Shown here piece after piece: positions 17,622 through 25,911 of a DNA stretch of 32,520 nucleotides. A program made the translations under genes and the position numbers. The stretch's first letter is position 1; each line of letters opens with the position of its first letter. Source of the DNA: Verrucomicrobiota bacterium. Lineage in GTDB: Bacteria > Verrucomicrobiota > Verrucomicrobiia > Limisphaerales > CANJXF01. A model generated the notes under the pieces. The model searched no databases. It had not been told where the DNA came from and was given only the letters and a program-made list of their open reading frames with translations. Location: assembly GCA_038214755.1 (NCBI GenBank), contig JBBQRQ010000055.1, forward strand, positions 1 to 32,520, written 5' to 3'.

Positions 17622-18773
17622 ATGCCCCGCACCCGAGAAGAGTTGGAACAACTCGAACGCCAGATCCTCGCTCCCTACGCGCAGTTCAGCGGCGATTCGC
17701 TGGGCCGAAAATATAAGGAGCCGCCGCCGGATTGGCGCACTGAATATCAGCGCGACCGGGATCGCGTCATCCATTCCCGCGCCTTTCGCCGTCTCGAATA
17801 TAAGACCCAGGTTTTTCTCAACGGCACGGCGGATCATTTGCGCACGCGTCTCACGCACACGATGGAAGTTGCGGCGATTTCGCGGAACATCGCGCGCGCG
17901 CTTCGGCTCAATGAAGATTTGACTGAGACCATCGCTCTCGCGCACGACCTTGGTCACTCGCCATTCGGTCACAAAGGCGAAGTGGTTTTGAATCGTTTGA
18001 TGAAGGCGCATGGCGGCTTTGAACACAATCGCCAAAGCCTTCGCATCGTCGAAGAAATCGAACAAAAATATCCGCGCTTTCGCGGGCTGAACCTGACGTG
18101 GGAAGTGCGCGAAGGTTTGATAAAACATTACACGAGCTACGATCATCCGAGCAAACGCGCAGACTTCCCCGCCCGGTCTTCATCGCTCGAAGCCCAAGTG
18201 GCTAACCTCGCCGACGAAATTACTTACTACAGCCACGACCTCGACGACGGTCTCGACGCCGGATTGCTTTCGGAAAAAAATTTGTGCGCGGACGTTCGTC
18301 TCTGGCGTGAAGCCACTGCGCAGGTGAAAAAAGAATGCGGAAAAATCGCCGAGGAATCGCGCCGTTATTTTATCATTCGCTGCCTCATCGACGATCACAT
18401 CAAAGACGTGGTTCACACGACGGAAAAGTTGATTGAAGCATCTGGCGTCCAATCGGCGAACGACGTCCGACTGCAATCGCGCCCGTTGGTCCGCTACAGT
18501 CCAGACCGGCACAAGCTGAACATCGAACTGCGCAATTACCTCTACAAAAATCTTTATTACAATCCGGCGGTGCATCAGCCGAACCTGCGCGCCGTGCAAA
18601 TGTTGGAGGAAGTGTTTCACCATTTCCTGAGCCATCCCGAACAGCTGGGCCAACACACGCGCAAACGCATTCGCCGCGAAGGACTCCACCGCGCCGTCTG
18701 TGATTATCTCGCCGGGATGACCGACCGCTACACGATTTTGGAGCACCATCGTTTGTTCGGTTTGAAAGTTTGA
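17622..18773 (+). CDS. dgt: Deoxyguanosinetriphosphate triphosphohydrolase (HD-domain dGTPase)
   Basis: RTEYQRDRDRVIHSRAFRRLEYKTQVF, RTRLTHT, AHDLGHSPFGHKGE, FEHNRQSLR, ADEITYYSHDLDDG, DYLAGMTDRY. Confidence 0.95.
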   Translation: MPRTREELEQLERQILAPYAQFSGDSLGRKYKEPPPDWRTEYQRDRDRVIHSRAFRRLEYKTQVFLNGTADHLRTRLTHTMEVAAISRNIARALRLNEDLTETIALAHDLGHSPFGHKGEVVLNRLMKAHGGFEHNRQSLRIVEEIEQKYPRFRGLNLTWEVREGLIKHYTSYDHPSKRADFPARSSSLEAQVANLADEITYYSHDLDDGLDAGLLSEKNLCADVRLWREATAQVKKECGKIAEESRRYFIIRCLIDDHIKDVVHTTEKLIEASGVQSANDVRLQSRPLVRYSPDRHKLNIELRNYLYKNLYYNPAVHQPNLRAVQMLEEVFHHFLSHPEQLGQHTRKRIRREGLHRAVCDYLAGMTDRYTILEHHRLFGLKV

Positions 18774-18801
18774 GAAACCTTCACGGAAAAATTTTATTTA
18801 A

Positions 18802-19272
18802 ATGAGCCACGGAAAATTCATGGGCAAAGCGATTGGGCTGTCGCAAAAAATGATGCGCGCCAATAAAGGCGGCCCGTTCGGCGCGGTGATTGTGCGGAAT
18901 GGAAAAGTCATTGCGACCGGCCATAATGAAGTCACTTCGACGAACGATCCGACGGCGCACGCGGAAATTGTCGCCATCCGCAGCGCGTGCAAAAAACTGA
19001 AAAGATTTCACCTCGACGACTGCGAGCTTTACACCAGTTGCGAACCCTGCCCGATGTGTCTCTCAGCGATTTATTGGGCGCGCCTGAAAAAAATTTACTT
19101 CGCCAACACGCGTCAGGACGCCGCCAAAATTGGTTTCGATGACGAATTTATTTATCGGGAAATTCCATTGCCGTTGGAAAAAAGAAAAATCGCGATGAAA
19201 CAACTGTTGCGAAAAAAAGCGCTGGCGGCGTTTCGTGAATGGGAGAAAAAAGCGGACAAGATTTCTTACTGA
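18802..19272 (+). CDS. Nucleoside/guanine deaminase (cytidine-deaminase fold, GuaD-like)
   Basis: GGPFGAVIV, NDPTAHAEIVAIR, YTSCEPCPMCLSAIYWA, GFDDEFIY, C-terminal Tyr. Confidence 0.9.
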   Translation: MSHGKFMGKAIGLSQKMMRANKGGPFGAVIVRNGKVIATGHNEVTSTNDPTAHAEIVAIRSACKKLKRFHLDDCELYTSCEPCPMCLSAIYWARLKKIYFANTRQDAAKIGFDDEFIYREIPLPLEKRKIAMKQLLRKKALAAFREWEKKADKISY

Positions 19273-19285
19273 GATCACTGCGCTA

Positions 19286-19430
19286 CGGGTCGCATCTGCT
19301 TCCAGCGGGTGCGAATTCATCTCGTTCTTCAACGTTCCGAGATCGACGTTCCTTTTATTCTTAAACTTTGAACATCGGACATCGAACATCGAAGAGATGT
19401 TTTCGCGCCCGCCGGAGGCAGAGGCTACCC
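19286..19430. repeat. REPIN-like element, family A, copy 2
   Basis: CGGGTCGCATCTGCTTCCAGCGGGTGCGAA (19286-19315) and TTCGCGCCCGCCGGAGGCAGAGGCTACCC (19402-19430); inner GAACATC heptads at 19368-19393. Confidence 0.8.
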
Positions 19431-19541
19431 CGGAGTCTTGGCGGCAATTGACTTTCAATGAGGACTGGACAGGCTGACTGCGTTTTAACCAACACGCCTT
19501 GAGTCGAAAGCGCGTCGTAAAAAAAGAAAGGAAAAGCTCCA

Positions 19542-20540
19542 GTGAAAGGTTGGAAATTTATTTTGGGGTTGATCGTTGCTGCCGCGTTGGCCGCTGTTTT
19601 GATTTTCGCCTATCGCAAAATGAGCAAGGAGCGAGAGGCGGAACGCCAACGGGAAAAGCCGATTGCTGCTGAAACAAAAATCAGCCGCGGCAAAGAGGGC
19701 GAAATAATTGTCACGCTCGACGCCGAAGCGCAGAAACGAATCGCTTTGGCGGTTTCTCCAGTGACGGCGACCAATCTGAACGAGGAGATAAAAGGTTTCG
19801 GTCGCGTGCTCTCTCCAGCGCTGCTGGTGGAAACGCTCTCGGAAATAACTTCCACTGAAGTCGCGGCGAAAAATTCACGAGAAGAATTTACGCGTCTGAA
19901 ATCGCTGGCCGACAGTGCTTCCCTAAAATCGCTCCAGGCCGCCGAAGCGACCAGCCGCCGGGACGAACTGACCGTCGAACTGGCGCGCAATAAATTGCTG
20001 GGCAACTGGGGGGCGGCGATTGCGCAGCGAAAAGATTTGCCGGAGTTTGCGCGCGCGTTGTTGTCACGGGAGAAAACTTTGGTCCGAGTCGATTTGCCGC
20101 CGGGCGAAAATTTTCCGAACACGCCGAAGACCGCGCGCATCGCTCCGCTCGGCTCCGCAAAATTTTTAGCGGCGGAGTTTTTGGAATTTGCCCCGAACAT
20201 CGAATCTTCATTGCAGGGACAAAGTTTTTTATTTTTGATCGAAGAAAAAAATTCCAGCCTCGCGCCGGGCGCGGCTGTAATTGCTTATCTTCCGCTCGGC
20301 AAAAAATCGATCAGCGGCGCGATCATCCCACGCGACGCTGTTCTGCGACATCAAGGCAAAACATGGATTTACGCGCAAACCAGCGAGACCACTTTTGCCC
20401 GCCGTGAAGTCGAATTAAAACAATCGCTGGCGGACGGCTGGTTCATCCCCAATTTCGATCCCGCCCTTCGCGTCGTCACCGTCGGCGCGCAAACGTTGTT
20501 GTCGGAAGAAATGAAATCGCAATATCAAGTGCCGGATTAA
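19542..20540 (+). CDS. RND efflux periplasmic adaptor (CzcB-like, divergent)
   Basis: N-terminal TM anchor, helical hairpin, IIPRDAVLRHQGKTWIY, FARREVEL, VVTVGAQTLLSEE; abuts the RND permease. Confidence 0.8.
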   Translation: MKGWKFILGLIVAAALAAVLIFAYRKMSKEREAERQREKPIAAETKISRGKEGEIIVTLDAEAQKRIALAVSPVTATNLNEEIKGFGRVLSPALLVETLSEITSTEVAAKNSREEFTRLKSLADSASLKSLQAAEATSRRDELTVELARNKLLGNWGAAIAQRKDLPEFARALLSREKTLVRVDLPPGENFPNTPKTARIAPLGSAKFLAAEFLEFAPNIESSLQGQSFLFLIEEKNSSLAPGAAVIAYLPLGKKSISGAIIPRDAVLRHQGKTWIYAQTSETTFARREVELKQSLADGWFIPNFDPALRVVTVGAQTLLSEEMKSQYQVPD

Positions 20541-23500
20541 GTGATGCTCAATCACATCGTCCATTTCTCGTTGCGCTTTCGCGGAGTCGTCATCGTCTTC
20601 GCCTGCTTGGTCGTCGGCTACGGACTTTACGTGGCGACCAAAACCAAGCTCGACGTTTTTCCTGAATTTGCTCCGCCGCAAATTATCATCCAGACCGAAG
20701 CGCCCGGTTTGTCCCCCGAAGAAGTCGAGCAACTCGTCACGCGCCCGATTGAAAATGCTCTCAACGGCTCGCCCAATCTGGACGCGTTGCGTTCGCTCTC
20801 CATTCAAGGGCTGTCGGTGGTGACGACCATTTTCAGCGACAAGACGGATATTTTTCGCGCGCGGCAAATGGTCAACGAACGCCTTTCGCAACTCGCCGGA
20901 GAATTGCCGCAAGGAGTTCGCGCTCCGAAAATGGGTTCGCTCACTTCCTCCACCAGTTTGATGCTCGCCATCGGTTTGACCTCGACCAATCGCACTCCGA
21001 TGGAGTTGCGCACCTACGCCGATTGGACGCTGCGACCGCGACTGCTCGGTGTTCCCGGCGTGGCGAAAGTCGAGACGTTTGGCGGCGAGGTTCGGCAAAT
21101 TCAAGTGCAGGTCCGGCCCGACCGTTTGGTTTCGCTTGGATTGTCTTTGGACGACGTGCTGAATGCCGCGCGAAAATCGAGCGGAGTGCGCGGAGCCGGT
21201 TTTTTGGAAAATAAAAATCAACGCATCATTCTTCGAAGTGAAGGGCAATCGTTCACGCCCGAACAACTTGGCCAGGTGATGCTGACCCACAGCAATGCGT
21301 TGAGCGTGCGATTGAAAGACGTCGCCAATGTGACTTACGCCGCTGAACCGAAACTTGGCGACGCGCAAATCATGGGGCAAGCAGGATTGATTCTTCTCGT
21401 CTCCAGCCAATTTGGAGCGAACACGATGGAAGTCACGCGAGCGGTCGAACATGCGCTCGACGAAATGAAACCGGCGCTGGCCACGGAGAAAATAAATATT
21501 CAGCCCGCACTTTTTCGGCCCGCGACCTTCATCGAACGCTCGCTCAAAAATGTAAATCACGCGTTGCTCATCGGCGGAGTGCTCGTCGTGATCGTTCTGT
21601 TTTTATTTTTGCTCGATCTGCGAACGGCTTTTATTTCATTCACCTCTATTCCCATTTCGCTGCTGGCGGCCGTCATTGCGCTCGATCATTTGGGCGTGAC
21701 TATCAACACGATTACACTCGGCGGATTCGCCATCGCGATCGGAGTCGTGGTAGATGACGCGATCATCGATGTGGAAAATATTTTGCGCCGCCTTCGGGAA
21801 AATCGTCTGCGCCCAAATCCCGATTCTTTGTTCAACGTGATTTTGAAGGCGTCGCTCGAAGTGCGCAGCGCGGTGGTCTATGCCACGTTCATCGTCGCGC
21901 TGGTTTTTCTGCCGGTGTTCGCCATGAGCGGAATTGAAGGCCGATTATTTTCGCCGCTGGCGGTTTCATTTCTGTTGGCGACGCTGGCCTCTTTGGCGGT
22001 CGCGCTCACGGTTACGCCCGCGCTTTGTTTGGTCATGCTGTCGCGAACGGGGGCGCACGCCGAGCCGCGTTACGTAGCCTGGATGAAAGCCAGTCATCGC
22101 CGCTGGCTGGAAAGTTTTAGCAAGCGTCCGAAAAGTATTATTGGCGTCGCGATTCTGCTTTGCCTCGGCGCTGCGGCCACGCTCCCATTTTTTGGCGGAG
22201 AATTTTTGCCTGAATTCAAAGAAGGTCATTTCATCGTTCACATGATCCTGTTTCCGGGCGCGTCGATTGATGAATCGCTGCGCATCGGACGGGAAGTCAC
22301 GGCGGAGTTAATGAAAAATTCTCATATCCGCAGCGTCTCTCAACAAGTGGGCCGCGCCGAACAAGGCGAAGATGCGTGGGGCACGGAAAGAAGCGAATTT
22401 CACGTCGAGCTTCAACCGTTGGAAGGCGAGGCGGCGGAAGCGGTCGTGGGAGAAATTCGCGAGGCGCTGCGAAAATTTCCCGGAACGACGTTCAAGGTAA
22501 TGCCGTTTCTGGCGGAGCGAATTGAAGAAGTCATTTCGGGATCGACCGCTCAGGTGGTGATCAGTGTTTATGGCGATGATCTGGATGTGTTGGATGAAAA
22601 GGCGGGCGAGATTCAACGGCTCCTCACCAAATTCAAAAGCGCGACAGACGTCCAAATGGAATCGCAACCCGGCGCGCCGGAGATGGTGATTCGTCTGCGC
22701 CCCGACCGGCTGATTGAGTTTGGTTTTCAGCCCACCGAAGTTTTGGATGCGATCCAAACTTCCTATCAAGGCAACGTTGTCGCGCAAAATTTCCAAGGGA
22801 ATCGCGTCGTTGATGTCAGCGTAATTCTGGAAGAAAAAAGTCGCAAAGAACCCGAAAGCATCGGGTCGCTCATGTTGCGCAACAGCGAAGGATTGCAATT
22901 GCCGCTGCGCCAATTGGCCGAGATTTATTCCTCCAGCGGCCGCGCGTTGATCGTCCATGAAGGCGCGCAACGCCGCCAACAAGTGACTTGCAATGTGCAG
23001 GGCCGCGATCTCACCTCGTTCGTTCAGGAAGCGAAAAAAGAAGTCGCTGCGAAAATTTCTTTTCCCGCTGGAGTCTATGCCATTTTCACCGGAGCGGCGG
23101 AAGCGCAGGCCAAAGCGCGGCGCGGTTTGCTGATCAATTCCGCCGTCGCCGCGATCGGCGTCGTGCTGCTGCTCTGGATTGTTTTTGGCAACTGGCGAAA
23201 TTTATTATTGGTTTTGGTCAACCTCCCGTTCGCGCTCGTCGGCGGTGTGCTCGCCGTTTTTGCCAGCGGCGGTTCGTTGTCAGTCGGCTCGCTGGTGGGG
23301 TTCGTCACTTTGTTTGGCATCACCATGCGCAATTCGATCATGATGATTTCGCATTTCGAACATCTGGTGCTGGAAGAAGGAGCGACGTGGAATCTTGAAA
23401 CGGCCATTCGTGGCGCGAGCGAAAGGTTGCTGCCGATTTTGATGACGGCGCTGGTAACGGCGCTTGGATTGTTGCCTCTGGCGATTGCTTACGGCGAACC

Positions 23501-23639
23501 TGGAAACGAAATCGAAAGTCCGATGGCGTTCGTCATTCTTGGCGGCTTGTTTACTTCAACCATTTTGAATTTGCTCGTGCTGCCGACTCTCGCGCTGCGC
23601 TATGGAAGTTTTGGTAAAGAGAAAGATATGACCGGGTAG
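20541..23639 (+). CDS. CusA/CzcA-family RND efflux permease
   Basis: LDVFPEFAPPQIIIQTEAPGLSPEEVEQLVTRPIE, GVVVDDAIIDVENI, GGEFLPEFKEG, ERLLPILMTAL; 1032 aa. Confidence 0.93.
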   Translation: MMLNHIVHFSLRFRGVVIVFACLVVGYGLYVATKTKLDVFPEFAPPQIIIQTEAPGLSPEEVEQLVTRPIENALNGSPNLDALRSLSIQGLSVVTTIFSDKTDIFRARQMVNERLSQLAGELPQGVRAPKMGSLTSSTSLMLAIGLTSTNRTPMELRTYADWTLRPRLLGVPGVAKVETFGGEVRQIQVQVRPDRLVSLGLSLDDVLNAARKSSGVRGAGFLENKNQRIILRSEGQSFTPEQLGQVMLTHSNALSVRLKDVANVTYAAEPKLGDAQIMGQAGLILLVSSQFGANTMEVTRAVEHALDEMKPALATEKINIQPALFRPATFIERSLKNVNHALLIGGVLVVIVLFLFLLDLRTAFISFTSIPISLLAAVIALDHLGVTINTITLGGFAIAIGVVVDDAIIDVENILRRLRENRLRPNPDSLFNVILKASLEVRSAVVYATFIVALVFLPVFAMSGIEGRLFSPLAVSFLLATLASLAVALTVTPALCLVMLSRTGAHAEPRYVAWMKASHRRWLESFSKRPKSIIGVAILLCLGAAATLPFFGGEFLPEFKEGHFIVHMILFPGASIDESLRIGREVTAELMKNSHIRSVSQQVGRAEQGEDAWGTERSEFHVELQPLEGEAAEAVVGEIREALRKFPGTTFKVMPFLAERIEEVISGSTAQVVISVYGDDLDVLDEKAGEIQRLLTKFKSATDVQMESQPGAPEMVIRLRPDRLIEFGFQPTEVLDAIQTSYQGNVVAQNFQGNRVVDVSVILEEKSRKEPESIGSLMLRNSEGLQLPLRQLAEIYSSSGRALIVHEGAQRRQQVTCNVQGRDLTSFVQEAKKEVAAKISFPAGVYAIFTGAAEAQAKARRGLLINSAVAAIGVVLLLWIVFGNWRNLLLVLVNLPFALVGGVLAVFASGGSLSVGSLVGFVTLFGITMRNSIMMISHFEHLVLEEGATWNLETAIRGASERLLPILMTALVTALGLLPLAIAYGEPGNEIESPMAFVILGGLFTSTILNLLVLPTLALRYGSFGKEKDMTG

Positions 23640-23887
23640 CATCTGCCTCCGGCGAGTGAGATTCAGCCTGAAATCCGAAATCCGAAATCCGAAAGAAATC
23701 CGAAGGTCCGAAGGCCGAAAGTGGCGCGGAACTGTGGGTGCGGCAAAGTACTTTTCCGGGCTGTGGTCTGGAGTCGTTTTTCGGTATTCGGATTTCGGAC
23801 TTCTTTCGGATTTCGGTATTCGGATTTCGGATTTGAGCCGCTTCGCATCACCGTTCTTTTCGCACCCGCCGGAGGCAGATGCTACCC
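23633..23887. repeat. Family A REPIN (copy 3) enclosing an inverted AAATCCG heptamer array
   Basis: Outer arms 23633-23661 and 23860-23887. Inner GAAATCCGAAATCCGAAATCCGAAAGAAATCCGAAGG... (23670-23720) pairs with an inverted tract TTTCGGTATTCGGATTTCGGACTTCTTTCGGATTTCGG... (23779-23834). Confidence 0.9.
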
Positions 23888-23905
23888 CGATCCTGGTTAA
23901 AAAAT

Positions 23906-24727
23906 TCACGGATCAATCGTTGCTTCTTGCGCGGCGTTCACCGTCCAATTGATTTCCAGATGCGGTTGGTTGTCATTGTTCCAGCGTCGCCGCCATTTTT
24001 CGTTTGTTGGACTGATGACATCTTTTCGCCGCGCGGATTCTGAATGGCCATCGCAAAACATCAACACCGTCCGACCCTCATGCCGGTTCGAGGGCCATTC
24101 CGCAGGAGTCTTTGGATCGATGTTACCATCAAAACTTCCGTCGGGCTTGCTGTCGCCGAGCATGATCATTTCTGTCGGATTTTTAACGGAACTTTCGTTC
24201 ACGAGGCCCACGATGTTGACATCGCCTCCCAAGCCAAGCTGGGGAAGGGTCGTCGATGGATTTCTCAAACCCCAGTCGTTGTAGCCCATGGGAAAACGCG
24301 TCTTCTCACTAATCCCATACGGATCGAAGCCTCCGCCGAGTCCCGTAGGAATCGGAGCGCCCACTGTTGTATTCAACGTCCGATCCCAACGCGCGTTGGG
24401 ATTCGCCGCGGGGCAAGCGAACACCGATCGATTCGTGCCGAGTTGGGAAAAAAGACGGACTGGCCAGACATAATAAAATCCGTTTTCAACCCAAAGGCAT
24501 CCCGGATATTTTTTGAAGTCACTCAGGTACATCACCGTTGCAATGCCGATTTGCCGCATGTTGTTCAAACATTGAGTCTGTCTGGCTTTGGCTTTTGCTT
24601 TGGCTAACGCGGGCAAGAGCAGACCGGCCAGGATGGCGATGATGGCAATAACGACTAGCAGTTCTATCAAGGTAAATGCCCGTGACCGGAATTGGCTTCG
24701 AGAACGGTTTTGTGAATGGTGAATCAT
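23906..24727 (-). CDS. Prepilin-type N-terminal cleavage/methylation domain protein with H-X9-DG motif (DUF1559-like)
   Basis: [29 protein letters not shown]...[23 protein letters not shown]. Confidence 0.93.
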   Translation of the reverse strand: MIHHSQNRSRSQFRSRAFTLIELLVVIAIIAILAGLLLPALAKAKAKARQTQCLNNMRQIGIATVMYLSDFKKYPGCLWVENGFYYVWPVRLFSQLGTNRSVFACPAANPNARWDRTLNTTVGAPIPTGLGGGFDPYGISEKTRFPMGYNDWGLRNPSTTLPQLGLGGDVNIVGLVNESSVKNPTEMIMLGDSKPDGSFDGNIDPKTPAEWPSNRHEGRTVLMFCDGHSESARRKDVISPTNEKWRRRWNNDNQPHLEINWTVNAAQEATIDP

Positions 24728-24774
24728 AAACGTTGCGAAATAAATTTTTTCAAACCCGGATTTGTATCAGAACC

Positions 24775-24882
24775 GTAGCGCAGGTTTTTAACCTGCCGTA
24801 TCGCGGGTTTGCAACCCGCTGGATGTCGCGACGCCCTGCCGGTTGCAAACCGGCGATACAGCAGCTTGCAAAGCTGCGCTAC
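24775..24882. repeat. GTAG-ended four-hairpin REP-like element
   Basis: GTAGCGCAGGTTTTTAACCTGC-CGTATC-GCGGGTTTGCAACCCGC ... GCCGGTTGCAAACCGGC-GATACA-GCAGCTTGCAAAGCTGCGCTAC. Confidence 0.85.
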
Positions 24883-24918
24883 AACTAAGCTGCGTTACGA
24901 CTAATGCAAAATTCGCGT

Positions 24919-25671
24919 TCACACGGTTTTTTTAATTCCAAAAACTTTCAACAAAAACGAGTAACCCTGATCCATCACTGCCAGCCGCTTCAATCGCTGG
25001 ATCGATTGCGTCGGGGAAATTCCGCGCGGACAAACGTCCCGGCAATTTCCGAGGGTGTGACAGCGAAACGCGCCGTCTTCCCCGGTGACAACTTTCAATC
25101 GCTCTCCTCGTTTTCCGTCGCGCGGATCGACCACCAGCGAGAGCGCGCGGTTGAGCGCCATCGGTCCGACGTAACGCGGATTGAGCGTGACCAAAGTGCA
25201 GGCCGAATAACATGCGCCGCAATCGATGCACTGCGGTTGATCGTTCAATCGGTTTCCCTCTTTGCTCCCGCGTGGAATGGGAAAAAAATTATTTTGATCG
25301 AGATCGGCGCGAGGCACGAACGCCGGCATGGTTTTTTTGTAGGCGTCAAAAAATGGTTGCAAATCCACCGCTAGATCACGAACGACTGGCAAATTTCGCA
25401 GCGGCTCAACTTTCAAATTTGTCCCGACATTTTTTACCAGCGTGCTGCAAGTGAGTTGCTCGCGACCGTTCACGACCATCGCGCAGGAGCCGCACATCCC
25501 GACGCGGCAGGAAAATCGAAAGGCCAAATCAGGCGCCGCGCCGCGTTGCAGAAGAAAAAGCGCGTCGAGAATGCTGGCCTTGTCCGTGACTTCCACGTCG
25601 TGCGTTTCGAACGTTGATTTCTGGTCGCGGCCCGGGGTGAAGCGTTGGACGCTGACGGTGACTTTCGGCAT
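24919..25671 (-). CDS. Succinate dehydrogenase/fumarate reductase iron-sulfur subunit (SdhB/FrdB family)
   Basis: FRFSCRVGMCGSCAMVVNG...TC [2Fe-2S], EPLRNLPVVRDLAVD, CIDCGACYSAC [4Fe-4S], CHTLGNCRDVCP [3Fe-4S]. Confidence 0.92.
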   Translation of the reverse strand: MPKVTVSVQRFTPGRDQKSTFETHDVEVTDKASILDALFLLQRGAAPDLAFRFSCRVGMCGSCAMVVNGREQLTCSTLVKNVGTNLKVEPLRNLPVVRDLAVDLQPFFDAYKKTMPAFVPRADLDQNNFFPIPRGSKEGNRLNDQPQCIDCGACYSACTLVTLNPRYVGPMALNRALSLVVDPRDGKRGERLKVVTGEDGAFRCHTLGNCRDVCPRGISPTQSIQRLKRLAVMDQGYSFLLKVFGIKKTV

Positions 25672-25911
25672 GGATAAATAATAGGGAGAAAAAAATTTCC
25701 TTCAAACGCTTTTCGCGAAGTTTTGGGATTATGCCTTTGACAAACGCGGAGCATGGGTCCGTGTTTTCAAGTCGATCACCTCCACCTGACCCGACTGCGC
25801 CGACTGGCCGAAACCTTTTTTCAATCCTGATGGCAAAAAATAATTTCAACTTGAGATACCAAAAGCTGAAGCCGGGTGTTAATGAGAAGTGCCCCAGCGT
25901 TGAATGAATAG

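Noticed and set aside
17622..19272. dGTPase plus deaminase as a nucleotide-depletion antiphage system
   Set aside because: Both look like ordinary housekeeping forms: a short canonical Dgt and a GuaD-like deaminase without a kinase domain. They sit downstream of ispH, so purine turnover is the simpler reading.
23670..23834. Tandem repeats as a possible CRISPR array
   Set aside because: The units are 7 nt with no unique spacers, the arrangement is inverted, and there are no cas genes.
23556..23952. Small ORFs over repeats (also 5149-5394, 8577-8768, 14121-14330, 19235-19477, 29034-29297, 31655-31969)
   Set aside because: They are translations of palindromic elements with recurring repeat-derived peptides such as PPEADAT and VLDCASPL, and there is no evidence they are genes.
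25672..25911. Riboswitch (SAM, cobalamin, THF or ZTP) in the metF leader
   Set aside because: CGACTGGCCGAAA faintly recalls the ZTP 5' motif, but the 3' CGCCTGGGC element is missing and no other consensus is visible. An Infernal/Rfam scan would settle it.
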